From NCBI GenBank assembly GCA_016699695.1, contig CP065006.1:2494562-2558561 (forward strand): DNA of 64,000 nt, written 5' to 3'. A model generated the notes under the pieces. The model was not told where the DNA came from, did not search any database, and saw only the letters and a program-made list of their open reading frames with translations. Source of the DNA: Bacteroidota bacterium (GTDB lineage Bacteria; Bacteroidota; Bacteroidia; Bacteroidales; UBA10428). This document shows, one piece after another, positions 57,218 through 64,000 of the stretch. Every line of letters begins with the position of its first letter. Positions within the stretch are counted from its first letter, which is position 1. The position numbers and the translations under genes were made by a program.

Positions 57218-58877
57218 ATTCTTCGTGACGCGCTACTAACGGCATTCGGCGACCCAACCCAAAGGCTTTCGAAGAAACTCTTAGTATGGGGGGTGTTTGA
57301 AATCGTTTGTATTCGTTAAAATTGATTAAACGGATGGTTTTTTGCACTACTTCTTTTTCAAATCCAAGTTGAATAATTTCTTTTCCGGAAAGTCGAAGTT
57401 CGATGTAATGGAAAAGAATTCGATCGAGTACATCGTATTCAGGCAGTGAATCGGAATCTTTCTGGTCGGGACGGAGTTCGGCCGAAGGAGGTTTAAGAAT
57501 GGTATTTACCGGAATTATTTCTTCTTTTCGGTTCATAAAATGTGCTAGTGCATAAACGTCAGTTTTATACACATCGCCTAATACGGAAATCCCTCCGTTC
57601 ATATCGCCATAGAGGGTGCCATAACCCACTGCGGCCTCGCTTTTGTTGGAAGTATTCAGTAGAATGGATCCAAATTTATTCGAAAGAGCCATAAGCAAGG
57701 TGCCTCGAATGCGTGCCTGGAGGTTTTCTTCAGTAATATCAGCAGGCAATCCCCTGAATACAGGAGTTAGGAGACTCTCGTAACAATCGGTTAGGGGTTG
57801 TATCCCAAGCTGGGAGTATTGAATTCCAAGGTTTTTGGCCAAAGCAATTGCATCGCTTACCGAATGGTCCGATGAGTATTTCGAAGGCAACAACAAGGCG
57901 CTTACATTTTCTTTTCCTAGGGCTTTTGCAGCAATGACTAGAGTTACTGCTGAATCAATGCCGCCAGAGAGCCCTAATATGGCTTTCTTTAGCCCACTTT
58001 TTTTGAAATAGTCGCGTACTCCCAATACCAGCGCATTGTGTATTTTTTCTATTCGTTCGGCTATCGGAAAGTTTTCGGAACCTGATTGGTTTTCAAGAAT
58101 ATCTTCCAACTGGTAGCTGCGTAAGGATTCTTCAAAGAAAGGCATGCGGTCGTATATAGCTCCATTTTTGGTCAGTACCCTCGAGCCACCGTCGAATATT
58201 ATTTCTGTCTGGGCTCCCACCTGGTTGACATAAAAGATTGGTAACTGATATTTCTTTGCATTGTTCATCAGAATCTCGCGTTTTACCTGATCGTGGTTAT
58301 AGGCAAAAGGAGAAGCGGCTATGTTAATGATAAAATCGGGTTTTAATTCCATCAGCTTATCAAGGGGATTCAAGGAATAAAGCTTTTCTTTCCCAAAATC
58401 GGTAAGTATAGGCTGCTCATACCAGAGGTCTTCGCAAATAGTGAGGGCTATCTTTTTTCCCTGGTGGCGAATGATTTCAAAAGAATTATTGGGCTCAAAA
58501 TATCGGTATTCATCAAATACATCATAGGTAGGCAGGAGCGTTTTTTTTATTGTTTGCTGCACCTTCCCCTGGTAACAATAGAGAGCAGCATTGAACAAAT
58601 TCTTGCCATTTTGAGAGTGATTGACTACAGGCGCACCAATGATAATACCTATAGTCTGGCTCTCCTGTGCAATCAATTCTACTGCTTCCTCGGTTTTCTC
58701 GATAAAGTAGCGGTGTTCCAGCATATCGAGCGGGGGATATCCACATACCGATAGCTCACTGAAAACAACAAGGTCAGACTTTTCTTGCCTTGCCAATTGA
58801 ACCGTCTGAAGGATTTTCTGGGTATTTCCTGTGAAATCACCAATAATATAGTTGATTTGTGCGAGGGTAATTTTCAC
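57216..58877 (-). CDS. nadE: Glutamine-dependent NAD+ synthase
   Basis: 553 aa, N-terminal CN-hydrolase domain plus a C-terminal NAD synthetase PP-loop (GLSGGIDS). Confidence 0.92.
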   Translation of the reverse strand: MKITLAQINYIIGDFTGNTQKILQTVQLARQEKSDLVVFSELSVCGYPPLDMLEHRYFIEKTEEAVELIAQESQTIGIIIGAPVVNHSQNGKNLFNAALYCYQGKVQQTIKKTLLPTYDVFDEYRYFEPNNSFEIIRHQGKKIALTICEDLWYEQPILTDFGKEKLYSLNPLDKLMELKPDFIINIAASPFAYNHDQVKREILMNNAKKYQLPIFYVNQVGAQTEIIFDGGSRVLTKNGAIYDRMPFFEESLRSYQLEDILENQSGSENFPIAERIEKIHNALVLGVRDYFKKSGLKKAILGLSGGIDSAVTLVIAAKALGKENVSALLLPSKYSSDHSVSDAIALAKNLGIQYSQLGIQPLTDCYESLLTPVFRGLPADITEENLQARIRGTLLMALSNKFGSILLNTSNKSEAAVGYGTLYGDMNGGISVLGDVYKTDVYALAHFMNRKEEIIPVNTILKPPSAELRPDQKDSDSLPEYDVLDRILFHYIELRLSGKEIIQLGFEKEVVQKTIRLINFNEYKRFQTPPILRVSSKAFGLGRRMPLVARHEE

Positions 58878-58895
58878 TTTTTCGTATTCCTTAAG

Positions 58896-59552
58896 TTAAA
58901 AATTGATGCCTACCCGCAAGCCTAAACCCCGGGTGTTGGTTGGGGGATTATTTTTCAGGATGTCGATGAAGCCATTGTCATAGACGATGGTAAAAAACAG
59001 CGAGGTATCTTCGCCAAGGGCATAGTCAATACCTCCGCCAAAATAATAGCCCAGATTATAATTTGCCAGCGATTCGCGGATCGAATCGTCCTGAAAAGCA
59101 TTGTCAGTCTCGTCGGTACCTTTGGCTTTGAGTAAAAATTGGTTTTGGAAACCTAACACCACATGAAAACGCATGTATCCTATTTCGTTACTCCTAAGTT
59201 TAAGCCCAAGCGGCAGGCTCAGGTAATGGAGCTGGTATTTTACCGATTTCCCGGCCATGGCATAAGTTGAATCGTATACCTGCAGAGTGCGCGATGAGGA
59301 TCCATCGTACAAAAGGTATCCGCCCTGACTACCAATAGCCAAACCTGTTGAGAAAGCATAATTTTTGGCAAAATAGCGGTCAATTGCCAATCCACCCGAT
59401 ATTCTTAAAAGGTTGCCATTCGATTGCACATCTTTGGCCTCCGGTAGCAGCCAGGAAACTTGTGGGGCCAGATAAACGCCGAATTTTAGTTCCTGAGTAT
59501 AGGCCTGGAAGCTTAATGAGATAAATATGAATGCAAAGGCTAATTGTTTCAT
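58896..59552 (-). CDS. Outer-membrane beta-barrel protein (porin family)
   Basis: 218 aa, signal peptide MKQLAFAFIFISLSFQAYT/Q, alternating strands, terminal ...LRVGINF. Confidence 0.7.
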   Translation of the reverse strand: MKQLAFAFIFISLSFQAYTQELKFGVYLAPQVSWLLPEAKDVQSNGNLLRISGGLAIDRYFAKNYAFSTGLAIGSQGGYLLYDGSSSRTLQVYDSTYAMAGKSVKYQLHYLSLPLGLKLRSNEIGYMRFHVVLGFQNQFLLKAKGTDETDNAFQDDSIRESLANYNLGYYFGGGIDYALGEDTSLFFTIVYDNGFIDILKNNPPTNTRGLGLRVGINF

Positions 59553-59672
59553 GTTTCTTTTTTACCAAAAATACAGATGTTCCTTTGTTGTGCCAAACCA
59601 ATGTCTCAATTCTTTCTAACAAGCAAATCAGGCATTGTTATCAAATATTTCCGTGCCGGATTGATTAAGAGT

Positions 59673-60302
59673 TTAGCTGCGTTTTTCGAAAAGGTGAATC
59701 AACTTTTTTGTTTCGAAAAAAGGATCGGTAAAATATTCTGAGAGATCGATTGCAACATACCTTTCTGCAAAAGACATCAATTCTTCCTCAAGGTTGCCAC
59801 CTTTTAAGTAGAGAATGCCATTGGGAACCTCATGCTTCCAATCGGAAGAAATGTTTTTTCGCACCCAGCTATAAAAATCAGGCATATTGGTAACCGCCCG
59901 GCTCACAATGAAATCGAATTTTTGATTGACCTCTTCTGCCCGAATTACTTTAGCTGCGCAATTGTTTAGCCCAATTTTTTCGATAATGTCGTTGACAACC
60001 TTAATCTTTTTCGCTATGGAATCGATGAGCAGAAAATTGGATTGTGGGAACATGATGGCAAGGGGGATGCCCGGGAACCCACCACCTGTGCCCACATCCA
60101 TAATTTTGCTTACCGGTAAGAATTGAATGTGTTTGGCTATTGCCAGACTATGCAATACATGCCGGACATACAATTGGTCGATGTCTTTTCGCGATACCAA
60201 GTTAATCTGGGCATTCCAAAAATGATACAAGTCGGAAAGTTGCGCAAATTGCTGTTTTTGATGTGCAGAAAGACCAGGAAAATAACGAAGAATCTCCTCC
60301 AT
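59673..60302 (-). CDS. rsmG: 16S rRNA (guanine527-N7)-methyltransferase
   Basis: 209 aa, DVGTGGGFPGIPLAI SAM motif. The ATG overlaps the upstream stop (TAATG). Confidence 0.9.
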   Translation of the reverse strand: MEEILRYFPGLSAHQKQQFAQLSDLYHFWNAQINLVSRKDIDQLYVRHVLHSLAIAKHIQFLPVSKIMDVGTGGGFPGIPLAIMFPQSNFLLIDSIAKKIKVVNDIIEKIGLNNCAAKVIRAEEVNQKFDFIVSRAVTNMPDFYSWVRKNISSDWKHEVPNGILYLKGGNLEEELMSFAERYVAIDLSEYFTDPFFETKKLIHLFEKRS

Positions 60303-60901
60303 TAAATGTGATGGGTTGTATTACGCAGGATATTGAAAAGTAGTTCGCGCGCCCTGAATAGTTGGGCTTTCACAGTTCCGATCGGCAACTCAAGTTCTTC
60401 TGATATTTCTTCGTAAGAGTATTCGTTGAAGTAGCGAAGCTCGATTAGTTTCCGATAGCGCGGTTTCAGGCGAGAAACTAGTGATCGCATAATTTTAAGC
60501 TTCTGCTCTTTGATCATCGTTTCTTCCGGATCTAACACGGAGGCCATAATATCAGGCGACGACTTTTCGTTGTCTTCGTCGGTAATATCCAGCGAAACAG
60601 TGTTGGCCTTCTTTTTTCGAATAAAATCGATGCAGTTGTTGGTGGCAATTTTAAATAGCCAGGTGCTGAAAGCAAAATTTGGGGTGTATTGTTCAAGGTT
60701 TTTAAACGCCTTGCCAAAAGCTTCGATGGTAAGGTCTTCGGCATCGCTGGCATTGTTTACCATTTTTAACAGCATAAAGTAGATGGCGTCTTTATACCTG
60801 TCGAGCAGCTCGGTATAAGCCTTCTGTTCGCCTTGTATGGCTCGCTGCACCAGCAAAAAATCACGCTGTGCCTTTTCGGAAAGGTTGTTTGCTACTTCCA
60901 T
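60302..60901 (-). CDS. ECF-type RNA polymerase sigma-70 family factor
   Basis: 199 aa, region 2 (DAEDLTIEAFGKAF...FSTWLFKIATNNCIDFIRKKK) and region 4 (YSYEEISEELELPIGTVKAQLFRAR). Confidence 0.85.
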   Translation of the reverse strand: MEVANNLSEKAQRDFLLVQRAIQGEQKAYTELLDRYKDAIYFMLLKMVNNASDAEDLTIEAFGKAFKNLEQYTPNFAFSTWLFKIATNNCIDFIRKKKANTVSLDITDEDNEKSSPDIMASVLDPEETMIKEQKLKIMRSLVSRLKPRYRKLIELRYFNEYSYEEISEELELPIGTVKAQLFRARELLFNILRNTTHHI

Positions 60902-62028
60902 GTTTGATGCCTGCGACGAATGGTTAATGCAAAGTAAGCCAAAAAATTAATAAGCAGCGAAGCTATGTCGAATATAATAAAGCTTAAGAAAATATTTCTC
61001 TCTCCAAACTTACGTTGTGCCTTCAGGTAAATTGTAATCTGCACAACCAATCGAAAACTGACCATGGCCAGTGTGGCAATAAAGAATGTGTCACTCAATA
61101 GGTTGAGAGGTAATAGTAAGTAGTACCAGGCACGGCTGACAGGTTCCATTCCAATGCGAAATAGATTCACAGGTTTGTAGGCTGAAGCAGTGGATAAATG
61201 CCTTATTTTTTGCTTGTAAAAGCCTGACCAACTTGTATTGGCTTTCGAAAGCGTAATGGCATCATGATCGATGACCACAGCAGTATTTGTGGAAGTGGAG
61301 GTTTCGCTGATAAAAAGATCATCATCTCCCGACAGAATTCCATAATGGTTGGCAAAACCCTTGTTCCTGAAAAATAACTCACGCATGTAAGCTAGATTTC
61401 GGCCTACACCCATATAGGGTTTTTTAATAAGAGCATACCCCAGATACATGAGTGCATTGCTCAGGGTATCGTATCGAATGTAGTTGTTGAGCAGCCCCTT
61501 TTGATATTCGTAACCTCCATAACCGAGTACAATTTCTTTGTCTTTACAACCTTTCTGTAAAGTGGTAAGCCAGTTGGGCGAAACCGGCCAACAGTCGGCA
61601 TCGGTAAACACAACCCAATCGTATTGTGCTGCTTTAATACCTACAGTGATGGCCAACTTCTTTCCATGAGTGAATTTTGGGTCAACCATACTTGGCAGAG
61701 AAGTCGTTTTTAGGTGTTTATAGCGTGCCAGTAACTCACCAATTACCTCAGCTGTATCGTCGGTCGAGGCATCGTTTACCACTATTACCTCATATTTCGG
61801 GTGATTTTGTTCAAGAATAAATGGAAGGTTCTTCCTCAAATTATCGGCTTCGTTTTTTGCACAGATAACTACTGAAACCGGCAGATTCTCCGGATAGTTT
61901 GTATTTTTGTATAACAAAACCGGAAAGTAAATTCGCAGGTAATAATAAATCTGAATGGCAAAGAATAAAGCAAAAGCAACAAAAAGAACCAGTTCTATGC
62001 TGCTGAAATAGTGGTTGTAGTTAAACAC
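60892..62028 (-). CDS. Family 2 glycosyltransferase with flanking TM segments
   Basis: 378 aa, VSVVICAKNEADNL, VVNDASTDDT, FTDADC motifs, N- and C-terminal TM helices. Confidence 0.85.
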   Translation of the reverse strand: MFNYNHYFSSIELVLFVAFALFFAIQIYYYLRIYFPVLLYKNTNYPENLPVSVVICAKNEADNLRKNLPFILEQNHPKYEVIVVNDASTDDTAEVIGELLARYKHLKTTSLPSMVDPKFTHGKKLAITVGIKAAQYDWVVFTDADCWPVSPNWLTTLQKGCKDKEIVLGYGGYEYQKGLLNNYIRYDTLSNALMYLGYALIKKPYMGVGRNLAYMRELFFRNKGFANHYGILSGDDDLFISETSTSTNTAVVIDHDAITLSKANTSWSGFYKQKIRHLSTASAYKPVNLFRIGMEPVSRAWYYLLLPLNLLSDTFFIATLAMVSFRLVVQITIYLKAQRKFGERNIFLSFIIFDIASLLINFLAYFALTIRRRHQTWK

Positions 62029-62261
62029 AAATGTGGTTTTAATTCAATTCAAACAAAGGTATCCAGGGGGGATTTCATTTGCAAGCCCTAATGGGCATAA
62101 TTATCCACAAGCTAAAGAAGTTGGATTACTAAATTGATGTAATTTCTAAACTGATGAATAAGATGCAATCATTTTTTTATTAAAATCATAGAGAATAAGA
62201 ACGAAATCAAAGGAACAAATTTTTTAACCCTAACAATAAAAACCAAGCAAGTTTGGCAATA

Positions 62262-62792
62262 TTACTTTGTATGGCTAATGTTTGGTTCCCAATGGTTTAA
62301 TTCGCAATTGACCTTGTATTGCAATTCAAAGCTAGAGTAACTAGGATTCTTTATATAACAATCGATGCAGATGTATTTGAGAGAGTCGGTATCATTGGCT
62401 TTTACTGAATGCAAAGTTTGAGGCGGGATCCTCACTACTTCGCCTGGCGCTATAAGGTAAACAGTTTTATTTTCCCCAATGAACAACCAACCCTGACCTT
62501 CGAGTATATAAAATATCTGCTCAAGATCTTCGTGTTGATGGTGAATAACAGCTTTGCCAGGTTCGACCAGCACCTTATAAATTTCTGATTTTTTGGAATC
62601 GGCACGATCAACGATGAGTTCGTTAAAATGTGTAGGAAATTCGTATCGTGTTAAATGGTCTGTGTGAAAAACATATTGTTCGTTATTGTTTTCCACAACC
62701 CCTGGTGGCTCGTGAGGGTTTTCGGTGCAGCCATAAAATGTTCCAAGAATGGACAACACGAGTGAAGTGATTATTCTGCAATGTGTTTTCAT
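62262..62792 (-). CDS. Cupin domain lipoprotein
   Basis: ORF 62262..62987. ATG at 62792 gives MKTHCRIITSLVLSILGTFYGC (lipobox). Cupin motifs HHQHEDLEQIFYILEGQG and GEVVRIPPQTLHS. Confidence 0.7.
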   Translation of the reverse strand: MKTHCRIITSLVLSILGTFYGCTENPHEPPGVVENNNEQYVFHTDHLTRYEFPTHFNELIVDRADSKKSEIYKVLVEPGKAVIHHQHEDLEQIFYILEGQGWLFIGENKTVYLIAPGEVVRIPPQTLHSVKANDTDSLKYICIDCYIKNPSYSSFELQYKVNCELNHWEPNISHTK

Positions 62793-63064
62793 CCTAATTG
62801 TTCGCTTCAGGATCAAATTATTTGCAATTCTTAACCAAAAATAATCGATTTTAACGCAAAATAGTGTTAAAAGAAGTTTTATTTGAAAATTTGTTTTGCG
62901 TGTCAACATATAATTATGGTCGTCTTCACTGCCCGTTTTTTTTCTGATTATGGCAGCTAGAGATGGGTTTTCTAAAAACTTCCTCATCCGGCATCAGAAC
63001 ATGCAGGCATCTTGTTTATATTTGTGCCCCGATAAGGGTCCAATAGAAACAGATATGCCAGCCT

Positions 63065-64000
63065 ATGTTTTTTAAAATAGAATCGACCGATATTCGCTCC
63101 AGGGCCCGGGCCGGTGTGCTTTCAACCGGCCATGGAACTATTGAAACTCCCATTTTTATGCCGGTAGGTACTGGTGGTACTGTTAAGGGTGTTCATCAAC
63201 GCGAACTGGATCAGGATATCAAGGCACAAATTATTCTGGGAAATACTTACCATTTGTATCTGCGCCCGGGCTTGGAGGTAATTCAAAAAGCCGGAGGCCT
63301 GCACAGGTTTATGAATTGGGAGAAGCCAATATTAACCGATAGTGGAGGTTACCAGGTTTTTTCTTTGGCCGATAACCGCAAATTAAAAGAAGACGGAGCC
63401 CATTTTCAGTCGCATATCGATGGGTCGCGGCATTTGTTTACCCCGGAAAATATTGTGGAAATTCAGCGTGCCATTGGCGCCGATATTGTAATGGCTTTCG
63501 ACGAATGTACCCCTTATCCGTGTGAATACGCTGAGGCCCGCAAATCGATGGAACTTACCCATCGGTGGTTGGAAAGAGGGGTGGAACACTTCCTAAAAAC
63601 AAGTCCGCTTTACGGATACGAACAGGTTTACTTTCCTATTGTACAGGGCAGTGTTTACTCCGATTTGCGAAAAATTTCCGCTGAAAAGATTGCCTCTTTC
63701 AATATGCCCGGAAATGCCATTGGTGGCTTGTCGGTAGGCGAACCCATCGAAGACATGTATGCCATGCTCGATGAGGTAACCCAAATTTTGCCTGCAGACA
63801 AACCACGCTACCTGATGGGCGTTGGAACTCCTGTCAACCTGCTCGAGGGCATTGCCATGGGAGTGGATATGTTCGATTGTGTGATGCCTACCCGTAATGG
63901 CCGTAATGGGATGCTTTTTACCAGTGAGGGAATAATCAATATCAAAAATAAAAAATGGGAAGCCGACCTTAGTCTACTCGATAGCCAGGGCGAATGTTTT
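63065..64000 (+). CDS. tgt: Queuine tRNA-ribosyltransferase, N-terminal 312 codons (runs off the window)
   Basis: Manual translation from ATG 63065: MFFKIESTDIRSRARAGVLSTGHGTIETPIFMPVGTGGTVKG...LTDSGGYQVFSL...AFDECTPYP. The frame is open to position 64000. Confidence 0.92.
   Translation, partial: MFFKIESTDIRSRARAGVLSTGHGTIETPIFMPVGTGGTVKGVHQRELDQDIKAQIILGNTYHLYLRPGLEVIQKAGGLHRFMNWEKPILTDSGGYQVFSLADNRKLKEDGAHFQSHIDGSRHLFTPENIVEIQRAIGADIVMAFDECTPYPCEYAEARKSMELTHRWLERGVEHFLKTSPLYGYEQVYFPIVQGSVYSDLRKISAEKIASFNMPGNAIGGLSVGEPIEDMYAMLDEVTQILPADKPRYLMGVGTPVNLLEGIAMGVDMFDCVMPTRNGRNGMLFTSEGIINIKNKKWEADLSLLDSQGECF

Noticed and set aside
1-64000. CRISPR arrays, rRNA operons, retrons/DGRs, prophage or toxin-antitoxin modules
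   Set aside because: I looked for regularly spaced direct repeats, reverse-transcriptase or integrase-like ORFs and small paired ORFs and saw none. The only mobile element recognised is the IS4-family copy.

Overview
This is a 64-kb chromosomal window from a Bacteroidota-type genome. Supporting signs are a T9SS C-terminal sorting domain, TTG/TAnnTTTG promoter boxes, a type III glutamine synthetase, PorT-like beta-barrels, and DUF2851/DUF4294-type conserved hypotheticals. It holds about 55 densely packed protein genes, mostly housekeeping (ddl, gcvP, pcm, sucC, rpsO-pnp, pyrF, prfA, purM, folE, nadE, rsmG, tgt). There is one tRNA-Phe(GAA) and many clear rho-independent terminators, several of them bidirectional between convergent genes. 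I saw no rRNA and no CRISPR array. The less ordinary content is: (1) a complete 1313-bp IS4-family element with 12-bp terminal inverted repeats, a 9-bp target duplication and a 1-nt frameshift at codon 5/6 of its transposase; (2) a DUF1800/DUF1501 pair in which the DUF1501 protein carries both a Tat signal and a T9SS sorting domain; (3) a signal-peptide TPR-CHAT (caspase-like) protein convergent with an ECF sigma / membrane TPR anti-sigma-like pair; (4) a CarH/LitR-type B12 photoreceptor regulator followed by an ECF sigma and folE, with a repeat-rich control region; (5) a cluster of GSIII, a stand-alone GOGAT FMN-domain protein and a GSII-type enzyme; (6) an orphan XylF-like binding protein next to a TonB-dependent receptor; (7) a 760-bp gene-free region with a strong orphan terminator. 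I found no self-evident new defence or mobile system. The CHAT-sigma module and the LitR-sigma-folE module are my best candidates for undescribed biology. All functional calls come from by-eye motif and family recognition on the supplied translations; no database search or computation was run.
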